A stretch of DNA of 32,000 nt. Origin: Zymomonas mobilis subsp. mobilis ATCC 10988 (GTDB taxonomy: Bacteria; Pseudomonadota; Alphaproteobacteria; Sphingomonadales; Sphingomonadaceae). The notes below the pieces were generated by a model. It was not told the DNA's origin and made no database searches. It was given only the letters and a program-made list of their open reading frames with translations. The stretch lies in NCBI RefSeq assembly GCF_000175255.2, contig NC_017262.1:990001-1022000 (forward strand), written 5' to 3'. Both the position numbers and the translations under genes were made by a program. Position 1 is the first letter of the stretch. Each line of letters starts with the position of its first letter. Of the stretch, positions 20,504 through 29,868 are shown in pieces.

Positions 20504-21775
20504 CTATGATTGCGCCGCAATAACGGCCAACACTTTCCGCATATGATCTTGCCATAACATGGGATGCCAGCCTTTCAACCGCATAACCTGCGTTTGGCGA
20601 CGTGTTGAAAAAGGATTCATATATTCGCTGATCGCTTCTTCCCATGCGCTGCCGTTAAGGGGGTCGATATAATCAGCCATATTGCTGCTGATTTCCCGAT
20701 AAACAGCAATATCGCTGGCAAGCACAGGCAATCCGTGACGCAAGGCTTCGGCAATGACCATGCCTCGTCTTGCGAAAAAAGCCGGCTTTAGCAAAGCCCG
20801 CGCTTCCTGCATCATATGGCTTAATTGCTGATCGTTGCAGCTTTCACGAAAACGGATATGCCGTTGCAAATCGGGATTGCGTGCCAGCATCTTTCCCAAT
20901 TTTGAGTTTTCGGGATGGCGCTGTCCTAAAATCAATAGATCAGGTGCTTTTGTGCCTAGCTGGAGGATCAGCCTTTTCCAGACAGTGACCAACATTTCGG
21001 TGTTATTTCCCGCATGATCGGATTCTATCGCCAAGAAATAGGGATGATCTGAAATTTGTTCGCTTTTAGGTCTAGGATCAGCTTTTTTCAGATGCGGTAA
21101 CGCATCAGCACCGAGCGGGATAGTGACAACTGGAATCGGGCGACCAGCTTCGGCCATGAAGGGCAAAAAGCGGTTTCGGGTCGCTTCACTATCCGTAATA
21201 ACGCAATCCGCATATCGGGCGATAATATCGAGCCGTTTTTTTAAATTCTGCCATTCGGGCGTTGGAACATATTCAGGATATTCCAGCATTTCAGTATCGT
21301 AAAGCAGACAGATGAAGCTGGCCTGTTCTTTGTTCAGGATGTCTTTTAAAGCGGCTTCATTATCAAGATGATGCGGCGAGGCCTGCAATAATATTTTGAT
21401 GCCCCGTTGGGGCGTGAAAAGATGCGGCCATAATTCAATTAAAGCCTTGGCCTGATAGAATTTTTGCCGGAAGTTTTGAGTGAGCTGGTTCGGTTCACTT
21501 TCTTGCCAGACTTTTTCCGTCTGTTCGATCATCGTCAAGACAGCGCTTTGTGACAAACGTCCATAGCGCCCCCAGCGATTGAGGCGGGCAAAAGCAATCC
21601 GGTCGGAAAACCAACCGAGAAGTAATTTTATCCATGCCATTTCGATACGGCTGACCCCGTCGGTCATGACCGCCTTGCCTGCACGTTCCGTCAGCCATGA
21701 GACATCAAGGATAATTTCGCCATCGCGGGCTTCCGAGCTGTCGTTCAGAGCCTGATTTGAAGAACCTGTCATCAA
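20504..21775 (-). CDS. GT4-like glycosyltransferase
   Basis: C-terminal GT-B motif LLKPAFFARRGMVIAEALRHGLPVLASDIAVYREISSNMADYIDPLNGSAW and YADCVITDSEATRNRF. Confidence 0.85.
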   Translation of the reverse strand: MMTGSSNQALNDSSEARDGEIILDVSWLTERAGKAVMTDGVSRIEMAWIKLLLGWFSDRIAFARLNRWGRYGRLSQSAVLTMIEQTEKVWQESEPNQLTQNFRQKFYQAKALIELWPHLFTPQRGIKILLQASPHHLDNEAALKDILNKEQASFICLLYDTEMLEYPEYVPTPEWQNLKKRLDIIARYADCVITDSEATRNRFLPFMAEAGRPIPVVTIPLGADALPHLKKADPRPKSEQISDHPYFLAIESDHAGNNTEMLVTVWKRLILQLGTKAPDLLILGQRHPENSKLGKMLARNPDLQRHIRFRESCNDQQLSHMMQEARALLKPAFFARRGMVIAEALRHGLPVLASDIAVYREISSNMADYIDPLNGSAWEEAISEYMNPFSTRRQTQVMRLKGWHPMLWQDHMRKVLAVIAAQS

Positions 21776-21799
21776 TCCTCCTATGCCCTGTGCAGGCTA

Positions 21800-23533
21800 T
21801 TACGATTTACCGGATAAGGGGTTGTTTATCATTACCTGTCGAAAAGCAGCGCAAATTTTGCCTTGAAAATGGCGTATCCATGTGACGGGCGTCATTTTTG
21901 CTTTTGGACTTTGGATAAGTCTTTCTATCAGAACTTCCGGTGAACAGGGCATACCTGTTACCGGATCGAGATAGCGCGGATAGAGAATAAGTGTCACCGC
22001 TGCAAGCTCTGTTATATCGAGTTTTCTTTTTCGTCTGGCGGGAATAGCCCCAAGATCACGGGTTAAGCCCCAGCCCGCATAAAAGGGGGTGCCGTGGCAG
22101 ATCACTTCACGATGGCGAAGCAGGGCTTCAAAACCTGCAAGTGATGTCCAGACATGGACGGCATCCACCTGATCGAACAAGCGTGTGATGGGATAATCGC
22201 GAATGATGATGTCGGCGTATTTTTCAGCGGATTCTTGTGGCACAAAGCCTTTTCTATGGCCTGCCTCGACATCGGGATGCGGTTTGAAAATGATGTAGCT
22301 ATCAGCTTCATTTTCTCTTGCCCGTTTCAAAAGATCGAGATTGCCTTTAACGGCACCACCGCCCAGCCTGACCGATCGATCATCTTCCACCTGACCGGTG
22401 ACGAGTATAATCCGTTTGTTTTTGGGAAAATTGAGCGCTTTGTCTGCGCCTGTTCCCATATATTTACTGATATGAGCCGACTGAATACGGGCGATTAGCT
22501 TTTGCGCCCGTTCCAATAATTCTTGAGAAAAAACAGTTTCGTTGAATAAAGTCTCAATATCAGAAGGCTGGTTGGGGTCGTAATAAATGCCTTGTTTATC
22601 GACCACGATTGAAAGCGGCGGGTGAAGGCCGCTGCCAAGCCCCACGGAACGGATGAAACCATCTTCTACTTCGTAAAGCTGTGCTTCTTTTTGAGCGATA
22701 GCTTTGCGGAGACCTTTCGGCTCACGGGATGGCCAGAGTGCGATAGCCTCTTGTTTTTGTTTTAGAAAAGAGAGCGCTGTTTCTGTTTTTTGCGGCATGG
22801 GTAGCCGTTTTTTTTCGCCTGACCACAAGAAACGACGAATAGCCTCTTTTTTCCACCAAGCTATACCACAAGCCGCCTTGATGGCGCGATTGCTGTCTAT
22901 CAGACTGCGCCATTCTGATAATTGCGTTATCGCCTGATCGAGGGAGATCGGCTGTCCTGTAAAAATATCATTATACTGGAAAGATGTAAGCTGTTGTCTG
23001 ACCAATGCCAAAATGATGACCTCTGGCGAGGTAAAAATATCGCTGAAAAATTTTCGAGCAGTCGGTGAAAAAGACAGAGGGATATGGCCTAATCTCGCAA
23101 TCAATCCAATGTCGATAGTTAAGGCTGTCTTGCCACTAGCAATGATTTCTGTGGCTTGGTCGAGCAAACTCCACGGATCAAACAGGCCGGAATAAATCAC
23201 GCAGCCTTGTTTTTTGAAACTTTCGGCCAATTCGGCATAATCTTGGTGATCGGGCAGAATAACAAGATCGCCCTGTTTGGCGATAGCCAAGAAGAAGGCT
23301 TCATCCGTTAAATCTTCGATCAGCAGAACGCTCTGCTTTTGCGGGTTTTTCGGCAGTGGTGCTGCCCAGAAATTGCCGCCGACCCGCCTCTGTAGCAATT
23401 TTTCTATAAGATTTTGGATGTCATTATCAGTCAGTATTTTTTCTGGACGAGATATAGGCCGGACAAAATCGATAAGCGAAATATTCGCTTTCGGGAAAGG
23501 GGGAGGGCGTAGAAAAGGAAAAGACAGCGACAT
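21800..23533 (-). CDS. Capsule polysaccharide biosynthesis (KpsC/LipB-like) protein
   Basis: LYEVEDGFIRSVGLGSGLHPPLSIVVDKQGIYYDPNQPSDIETL, YIIFKPHPDVEAGHRKG, and VHVWTSLAGFEALLRHREVICHGTPFYAGWGLTRD. Confidence 0.87.
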   Translation of the reverse strand: MSLSFPFLRPPPFPKANISLIDFVRPISRPEKILTDNDIQNLIEKLLQRRVGGNFWAAPLPKNPQKQSVLLIEDLTDEAFFLAIAKQGDLVILPDHQDYAELAESFKKQGCVIYSGLFDPWSLLDQATEIIASGKTALTIDIGLIARLGHIPLSFSPTARKFFSDIFTSPEVIILALVRQQLTSFQYNDIFTGQPISLDQAITQLSEWRSLIDSNRAIKAACGIAWWKKEAIRRFLWSGEKKRLPMPQKTETALSFLKQKQEAIALWPSREPKGLRKAIAQKEAQLYEVEDGFIRSVGLGSGLHPPLSIVVDKQGIYYDPNQPSDIETLFNETVFSQELLERAQKLIARIQSAHISKYMGTGADKALNFPKNKRIILVTGQVEDDRSVRLGGGAVKGNLDLLKRARENEADSYIIFKPHPDVEAGHRKGFVPQESAEKYADIIIRDYPITRLFDQVDAVHVWTSLAGFEALLRHREVICHGTPFYAGWGLTRDLGAIPARRKRKLDITELAAVTLILYPRYLDPVTGMPCSPEVLIERLIQSPKAKMTPVTWIRHFQGKICAAFRQVMINNPLSGKS

Positions 23534-23865
23534 TTTTTTTCCGAAAAAGACAGTCCCGTGACAGAAGAGACGTCTAGTTGATCGAGCCGAACTCTATTTA
23601 CCGGTTAAGCTATGTTTTTATTGAGAAATAATAAACAGTAAATCCCAAGTAGCAGGCTTTATTTTATTGGATAGTCTAAATCAGAAAAGCCGTATAAGGC
23701 AGATGTTCTTTTCTCCGAAATGGGCGTGGTTGCAACTATATAGCATCCGACCTGTTATTATGAGTAATAGACAGAATGCCGGTTTCTGGCGGCTTTCGGC
23801 CTAATGGGACTTTTACGACCTGTATTTTCTGAAAATTTTTTCAGAAAAAGAAGGAGCGATATCTG

Positions 23866-24882
23866 ATGGCCAATAAATCCAATATTTCTGAAGGACGACG
23901 TAACATGATGGCAGTTCTCGCGACAGCGGGGCTGGTATCAGGGTTGGATGGAGTGGCTTCGGCCGCCAATCGCGATAAAGAACCGGCAGTGACAGGGGGC
24001 AAAACATTTTATGATCCCCGTGATGCCTATCCGCGTGCGCCTTTTGCCGGTCAAGATCAGCCTTGGCCCGGTCTAGCCAGTAAAATGGTACCGCGCCCCG
24101 ATCACGGTGAAAAAAGCTATCGCGGTTCCGGCAAATTACAAGGCCGGAAGGCTTTGATTACGGGTGGTGATTCCGGCATCGGTCGGGCAACAGCGATCGC
24201 CTATGCCCGTGAAGGCGCGGATATTGTTATCAATTATTTGCCGCAAGAAGAGCCGGATGCCCGCGAAGTGGTCGCTTTGTTACAGGGAGAAGGTCATAAG
24301 GTTTTTGCCTTGCCCGGTGATTTGAGAAATGAAAATTTCTGTGTCCAGCTCGTTCAGGAAGCCTCCAAGCGTTTGGGCGGACTAGATATTTTGGCGAATA
24401 TTGCCGGACATCAGCATTATAATGAATCTATCCTGACGCTTTCGACGGCTGATTTTGATGATACCTTGAAAACCAATGTTTATGCGATGTTTTGGTTGTG
24501 CAAGGAAGCCTTGAAAATCATGCCTGCCGGTTCGGCAATTGTGAATACCAGCTCAACACAGGGCTATCGACCTTCGGCTATTTTATTGGATTATGCCACC
24601 AGCAAAGCGGCTATTGCCAATTTTACCCGCGCTTTGGCTATCCAACTGGCACCTAGAGGTATTCGAGTGAATGCCGTGGCACCGGGCCCGTTTTGGACAC
24701 CGCTTCAGGTATCGGGCGGTCAGCCTGCCTCTGCTTATAGTCAATTTGGTGCCAATACGCCGGTTAAACGTCCCGGTCAGCCGGTTGAAATCGCACCGGT
24801 CTATGTCTTTTTGGCTTGTGCCGAAAATAGCTATGTGACGGGTGAAGTCTATGGCGAAACCGGATGCGCCCAGATTTTTTAG
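23866..24882 (+). CDS. SDR family oxidoreductase (YghA-like) with possible twin-arginine leader
   Basis: GRRNMMAVLATAGLVSGLDGVASAAN leader, then KALITGGDSGIGRATAIAYAREGADIVINYLP, and YATSKAAIANFTRALAIQLAPRGIRVNAVAPGPFWTPLQ. Confidence 0.92.
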   Translation: MANKSNISEGRRNMMAVLATAGLVSGLDGVASAANRDKEPAVTGGKTFYDPRDAYPRAPFAGQDQPWPGLASKMVPRPDHGEKSYRGSGKLQGRKALITGGDSGIGRATAIAYAREGADIVINYLPQEEPDAREVVALLQGEGHKVFALPGDLRNENFCVQLVQEASKRLGGLDILANIAGHQHYNESILTLSTADFDDTLKTNVYAMFWLCKEALKIMPAGSAIVNTSSTQGYRPSAILLDYATSKAAIANFTRALAIQLAPRGIRVNAVAPGPFWTPLQVSGGQPASAYSQFGANTPVKRPGQPVEIAPVYVFLACAENSYVTGEVYGETGCAQIF

Positions 24883-24891
24883 ATCAGGATT

Positions 24892-24935
24892 CTTATCCGA
24901 AAAGACGGCCTATTGGCACCGCCTTTTCGGATAAG
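24892..24935. terminator. Long inverted repeat between convergent SDR and proC-like genes
   Basis: CTTATCCGAAAA-GAC-GGC...GCC-TTTTCGGATAAG: 12-bp perfect outer stem plus a 3-bp inner stem with a bulge. Confidence 0.6.
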
Positions 24936-24947
24936 GTTATAATGCCA

Positions 24948-25763
24948 TTAATCTTTTTTCTGGCCTAGTTCGGTTGTTCTTTTGACAGCCGCGAGGACGC
25001 TTTTTTGTAGGCCTGCGGTGAAGTCGCTTTGGTTCAAGGCGAAGAGGCTATTCATGCCGACACCGGCAGGTGAATTGTTGATGTCCAGTAATTGGCGTGG
25101 ATGCTTACCTGATATTTCCAGCATTTTTACCGAGCCTACCAGATTTTCCATCGTGGTTTTCCATGCAATATCACGAGGCAGGCCAGCTAGCACGCCGGCA
25201 TCAACCAAGGCTTCGATAAAATAATAGACGTAATTGGGCCCGCAGACGCCAAAACCCGTAAAAATGTCGATCAGGCTTTCTTCTAAGAAGAGGCATTTCC
25301 CAAAACCGGAAACAAATTTTTCGGTTAGGGCTTTGTCTGCCTGATTGTTGATGACCACCCCGCTATAGCCCAATCCGGTGTCGGTGAGTGTGTTCGGGAT
25401 AATTCTTGCGATAGCTCTTTTTTTGCCAAGTAGGTCTTCAAATTGGGCAAGAGTGACACCAGCGACAATCGAAACAATCAAGGCCTTTTCTTTGGCATTT
25501 TGAGCAATATCGGCTGTCACCGCTTTCAGGTCGTCTTGTGGTCTGACCCCGATAACAACAATGTCGGCTTTTTGGAGGGTTTCAATATTTTTTTTCGGTT
25601 TGGCAAAAGCCGTGATGCCATAATTGTCATGCAGTTCTTTTTCCCGTTCCGGCCGGATGTCATAGGCGGTGATGTCACTGGCCGAAGCGGTTTTATGCTT
25701 GATAATGGCTCGGATCATGGCTTCGGACATTTGGCCGCTGCCGATGAAATGAATATGGCTCAT
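24948..25763 (-). CDS. proC: Pyrroline-5-carboxylate reductase family protein
   Basis: IHFIGSGQMSEAMIRAII (Rossmann), VSIVAGVTLAQFEDLLG, ARIIPNTLTDTGLGYSGVV, and C-terminal SPAGVGMNSLFALNQSDFTAGLQKSVLAAVKRTTELG. The family assignment is firm, but substrate specificity is not proven. Confidence 0.82.
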   Translation of the reverse strand: MSHIHFIGSGQMSEAMIRAIIKHKTASASDITAYDIRPEREKELHDNYGITAFAKPKKNIETLQKADIVVIGVRPQDDLKAVTADIAQNAKEKALIVSIVAGVTLAQFEDLLGKKRAIARIIPNTLTDTGLGYSGVVINNQADKALTEKFVSGFGKCLFLEESLIDIFTGFGVCGPNYVYYFIEALVDAGVLAGLPRDIAWKTTMENLVGSVKMLEISGKHPRQLLDINNSPAGVGMNSLFALNQSDFTAGLQKSVLAAVKRTTELGQKKD

Positions 25764-25965
25764 GACGTTTACTCTTCTGTTGCCAAGAATATCGCAAAGA
25801 AACTGTGATCGTAACCCAGTTTGAGATTCCGATCATATGCCCTGTTTGTTTTATTGCAAAAAACTATTTCTTTTATGGTCGAAAGCAGTCGGTCTTTATA
25901 GAATGGCCTTTTAGAACCGAGATTCTTTTGGTTTGTCGGGCTTGTTTCAGATTGTGAGGTCAAGA

Positions 25966-27108
25966 ATGAATTTGGAAGAAAAGCTGATCTCTTTACGTCG
26001 GGAATTACATCAGCATCCCGAATTGTCAGGCGAAGAATTCCAGACAACTCAAAAATTGACCGCATGGCTGAAAGAAGCCGGTATTCGTATTTTGCCCTAT
26101 GATTTAAAAACAGGGGTTGTTGCCGAAATTGGTCATGGTGCGCCTGTTATTGCATTGCGGGCGGATATTGATGCTTTGCCAATAGAGGAAAATTCCGAGG
26201 CGGTTTGCCCTTCTTTGGAAAAGGGAAAAATGCATGCTTGTGGGCATGATTTTCATGCCACGGTTTTATTGGGTGCCGCCCTTCTTTTAAAACAGAATGA
26301 ATCCCGTTTGGTTGGAACCGTTCGTCTGTTCTTCCAGCCTGCCGAAGAGAATTATTCCGGTGCTTTGCAATTGATTAAAGCCGGTGTTCTAAAAGATGTT
26401 GATGTCGTTTTCGGTTTTCATAACGCTCCCAAAATGCCGGTGGGTGAGTTTGGAACCTGCCACGGTGCGATTATGGCCAATGTTGATCGTTTTGAAATCA
26501 ATCTGGCCGGGGTAGGGGCGCATGCGGCTTATCCCGAAAATGGTACCGATGTGATTGTGGCAGCCTCCGAAATTATCAACAGTCTGCAAACGATTGTGAG
26601 CCGGAATATCTCTAGTCATGATTCTGCTATTGTCAGTGTGACCCGCATTAATGCAGGGAGCGGCTGGAATATTTTGCCTGAAAAAGCCGAGCTGGAAGGC
26701 ACGGTTCGGACTTTTGATGCCTCAATCAGAAAAGAAATTCAGCGCCGGATGAGAGACCTTGTGTATTATCTTGCCAAAGCCATGGATGTCGGAGCGCAAT
26801 TCCTGTGGCATGAAGGCCCTCCGGCGGTTATCAATACGCCTTATTGGTCTGATTTTTCGGCAAAAATAGCCCGCCAATTCGGCTATGTGACCCATAATGT
26901 TACCCCGCAGAATGGTGGCGAGGATTTTGCCCATTATCTGCATCATCGCCCCGGTGTCTTTTTTCATATTGGCACGGGTAGTCCACAATCGCTCCATCAT
27001 CCCGGTTTTAATATTGATGAGAAGGCTATTTTCCCAGCGGCTGAATATTATGCTTTGTTAGCTGAGGAAGCCTTGAAAGACCTGAAAAACACGCAAGCCT
27101 CTGCTTGA
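25966..27108 (+). CDS. M20 family metallo-amidohydrolase (hippurate hydrolase / N-acyl amino acid amidohydrolase-like)
   Basis: LRRELHQHPELSGEEFQTT, IALRADIDALPIEE, KMHACGHDFHATVLLGAALLL, LFFQPAEENYSGALQLI, and NGGEDFAHYLHHRPGVFFHIGTG. The start at 25966 has RBS-like tgaggt upstream. Confidence 0.92.
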   Translation: MNLEEKLISLRRELHQHPELSGEEFQTTQKLTAWLKEAGIRILPYDLKTGVVAEIGHGAPVIALRADIDALPIEENSEAVCPSLEKGKMHACGHDFHATVLLGAALLLKQNESRLVGTVRLFFQPAEENYSGALQLIKAGVLKDVDVVFGFHNAPKMPVGEFGTCHGAIMANVDRFEINLAGVGAHAAYPENGTDVIVAASEIINSLQTIVSRNISSHDSAIVSVTRINAGSGWNILPEKAELEGTVRTFDASIRKEIQRRMRDLVYYLAKAMDVGAQFLWHEGPPAVINTPYWSDFSAKIARQFGYVTHNVTPQNGGEDFAHYLHHRPGVFFHIGTGSPQSLHHPGFNIDEKAIFPAAEYYALLAEEALKDLKNTQASA

Positions 27109-27137
27109 TAAGGGAGAGAAAAGAAGGAGCGTCTTTT

Positions 27138-27620
27138 ATGTCCCAAAGTGAAATGGGTATTTTGAAACGGCGGCGGATTGAAGCTGAGATTATCAAGCCA
27201 ATTTATGATGCTATGTCGCGTCATTTCGGAAAAGAAAAAGCGCAGGCTGTTTTAAAAGAAGCGATTGCAGCAGATGCCATTCGTGCCGGAAAAGAAATGG
27301 CCGAAAAGCAACAAGATAAAGGCGGGGCAACGCTTAGCAATTTTGCGGCGATGCAATATCTTTGGGAACAGGATGATGCTTTGAAAGTCGATATATTGGC
27401 AAGCGATCATCAGCATTTGGACTATAATGTTACCCGATGCCGTTATGCAGAAATGTATCGTGAAATGGGATTAGGAGAGATCGGCTCAATTCTGTCTTGC
27501 ACGAGGGATGCTTCTTTTATTGAAGGTTATAATCCCGATATCGAAATGAGCCGAAGCCAGACGATTATGAAGGGCGCTGATTTTTGTGATTTTCGCTATC
27601 GCTTGAAAGCGAAAGAATAG
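27138..27620 (+). CDS. L-2-amino-thiazoline-4-carboxylic acid (ATC) hydrolase family protein
   Basis: VTRCRYAEMYREMGLGEIGSILSCTRDASFIEGYNPDIEMSRSQTIMKGADFCDFRYRLK, the signature region of this family. Strong RBS (gaaggagc) upstream, 29 bp after the M20 gene. Confidence 0.85.
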   Translation: MSQSEMGILKRRRIEAEIIKPIYDAMSRHFGKEKAQAVLKEAIAADAIRAGKEMAEKQQDKGGATLSNFAAMQYLWEQDDALKVDILASDHQHLDYNVTRCRYAEMYREMGLGEIGSILSCTRDASFIEGYNPDIEMSRSQTIMKGADFCDFRYRLKAKE

Positions 27621-27658
27621 TCTGGCCTCAATATTTGCAGTTTTGGGAATGGCGCGGT

Positions 27659-29077
27659 TTATAACAGCGGACTGACTAATCGCGCCAGATTTTCCATGAC
27701 TTTACAATAGCAGGGGCGCAGGCGCCATGCCGCCTTACTGACTTCATCGGCATTTTTTAGATAATCCATTTCGATATTTTGAAGCTGGGCAATAGCTTCT
27801 TTATCGTAAATGATTAGGCTGACTTCTTCATTGAGCAAGAAAGAGCGAATATCGACATTACTGGAGCCAACCATCGCCAATTTGTTATCAACACTGATAT
27901 GCTTGGCATGGAGGAGCTTGTCTCTGTAGCGATGGATATGAATACCGGCGCTTAGCAATTCTTGATAATAGCTTTTTTGTGCCATGCTAACCAAGATTTG
28001 GTCGGCAATTTTCGAGACAATAATGTCTATCCTGACCCCGCGTAAGGCCGCCGTTTTTAAAGCCGCCAGTAAATCGCTATCAGGGATAAGATAGGGTGTA
28101 ACGAGCACTATCTGTTTTTTTGCGGCGTAAATGCCGGTAACCAGCATCGTTTCGAAACCGGCCAAACGGTAATCTGCCCCGCTGGGTAACAGCTGTAAAA
28201 TATGGCTACCTTCTTTGGGGGGCACCAAATGAGGTGTGTCCCTCATTCTATCAGGTAATGCCCCGCTTTCGAGATACCAGTTTATCGCGAAGAGCGTTTC
28301 CATTTCAAAAACGATGGGCCCTTCGACCCTGACTGTTAGTTCCTGATTAACAACGCCCGGCCGCCAGTCGCGATTGATAATATTTTGTGATCCAGCATAG
28401 CCAATCTTGCCGTCTATAATGAATAATTTTCGATGATTTCTCATATCCCCGCGTGTCCGCCCTCTTAACAGGCGAAAGGGCAGGGCTTCCCTTGCATCAA
28501 CTCCAAGGCTTTTTAATTGCTGGATAACCTGTTTACCGGAGCGGCGTGATCCCAAGGCATCAATCAATATCTGGCAATTAACGCCTCTTTTCGCGGCGCG
28601 TCCCAAGGCAGCAATAATCTGTTGGCCGGAGCGGTCGCTATCAAAAATATAGATAACGAGATGAACATGTTGTTCGGCTTTATCAATATCGGCGGCGAGA
28701 TGATCAAAAAGCGCCTGATAATCAGAAATATAAAGCATCCGGTTACCCGATAAGGCGGGCATATGACCAAGGTTTTCAGCAAGATCGGCAGCCAAGGCCG
28801 CTTCGGCAGGGAGAGAGGCTACCGAATTTTGTAATTTTTGCCTTTGTTCTTCCAGAAAAGATTTGAGATTGGCAAAACGTTCTGCGCGCCATGACGGAAA
28901 ACGTGCCTGACCAATCATCAAATAAAGAAGCAAGCCCAGAGCCGGTTGAAAAAAAATCAGCAACAGCCAGCTACTGGCGGCTTGTGGTGTCCGGCGCATG
29001 GGAACGATGACGAGCATCGTCAAGCGTATCAGCCACGCGACTACTTCATAAAAACTTCCAAGCGTCATTAAGGTCAT
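27659..29077 (-). CDS. cls: Cardiolipin synthase-like phospholipase D family protein
   Basis: Two HKD motifs (HRKLFIIDGKIGYAGSQNI; HAKHISVDNKLAMVGSSNVDIRSF) and two N-terminal TM segments. Confidence 0.93.
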   Translation of the reverse strand: MTLMTLGSFYEVVAWLIRLTMLVIVPMRRTPQAASSWLLLIFFQPALGLLLYLMIGQARFPSWRAERFANLKSFLEEQRQKLQNSVASLPAEAALAADLAENLGHMPALSGNRMLYISDYQALFDHLAADIDKAEQHVHLVIYIFDSDRSGQQIIAALGRAAKRGVNCQILIDALGSRRSGKQVIQQLKSLGVDAREALPFRLLRGRTRGDMRNHRKLFIIDGKIGYAGSQNIINRDWRPGVVNQELTVRVEGPIVFEMETLFAINWYLESGALPDRMRDTPHLVPPKEGSHILQLLPSGADYRLAGFETMLVTGIYAAKKQIVLVTPYLIPDSDLLAALKTAALRGVRIDIIVSKIADQILVSMAQKSYYQELLSAGIHIHRYRDKLLHAKHISVDNKLAMVGSSNVDIRSFLLNEEVSLIIYDKEAIAQLQNIEMDYLKNADEVSKAAWRLRPCYCKVMENLARLVSPLL

Positions 29078-29141
29078 TGCCGGACATCTGAACAGAAAAA
29101 GGGAAAATAATGTATCATTAAAAATAAGAGAAAGGGCAAGT

Positions 29142-29528
29142 TTAGGGTTTTGAAAGATGAGATGATAGCCGATCTACCGACTGATCTATCAACATCGTGT
29201 TATCAGGGTAACAGTTAATGGCAGGCGCGTTTCGGCCATTTTTCCAGATGATATATTTATCTTTGATAATTAAGCTGTGACTCATATCGCCATAGCGAAC
29301 GTCTTCGCTAGTTTTAACCTGTTGCAATGTCATGGAAGATCCATGCCGGAATGTCAGCTGGACATCATGGTTAAGATCCCTGAACAGAGTATCCATGCCT
29401 AGACCATCATCACAACGATAATAAACCCGATGATGGCTGGCCATTACCTTGCTTTCATCGGCGAGGGCGCAGCCGCCCAAGAGAAGGCAGAGACAAGTTA
29501 TAAGGACTGTATTTTTTTTGATACGCAT
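29142..29528 (-). CDS. Small lipoprotein with MliC-like (C-type lysozyme inhibitor) C-terminal pattern
   Basis: Signal peptide and lipobox CLLLGGC. The mature part has YRCDDG...VQLTFRHGSSMTLQQVKTSEDVRYGD...YIIWKNGRNAPAINC, resembling MliC (YxC...SG.RY...W.KG..A...C). Confidence 0.6.
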   Translation of the reverse strand: MRIKKNTVLITCLCLLLGGCALADESKVMASHHRVYYRCDDGLGMDTLFRDLNHDVQLTFRHGSSMTLQQVKTSEDVRYGDMSHSLIIKDKYIIWKNGRNAPAINCYPDNTMLIDQSVDRLSSHLSKP

Positions 29529-29868
29529 AATTTTAGAGCGCCGTTATTCGATTAAGCCATTGTTTTTTCATGGGTAGTTTACCTTTTAAAAATCAAAATA
29601 GACAAGTGTGATTATATTGTTTTTTAGGCCTTGTTTTTAATATTTTGACATATTTTATTTGATCTTATTTCTATTGGGTTTTTGCCTTTATCCCTTGTTC
29701 TTTATGTTTTTTATTGTTGGCATAGCGGCGTGTTATTCTTGGATAGTGATATTGATTTTCAAAATTTGTTAGAGTTGTATTATTTTTTCTAAAAAATGAA
29801 TCATTTTTTTTGAAACAAAAATAAATAATCTTTGTTCTAACCTTCAAAGAACACGTTAGGAGAAGATC

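Noticed and set aside
22154-22498. 114-aa + strand ORF opposite the KpsC-like gene.
   Set aside because: Shadow ORF with no domain pattern; the opposing gene has clear family motifs.
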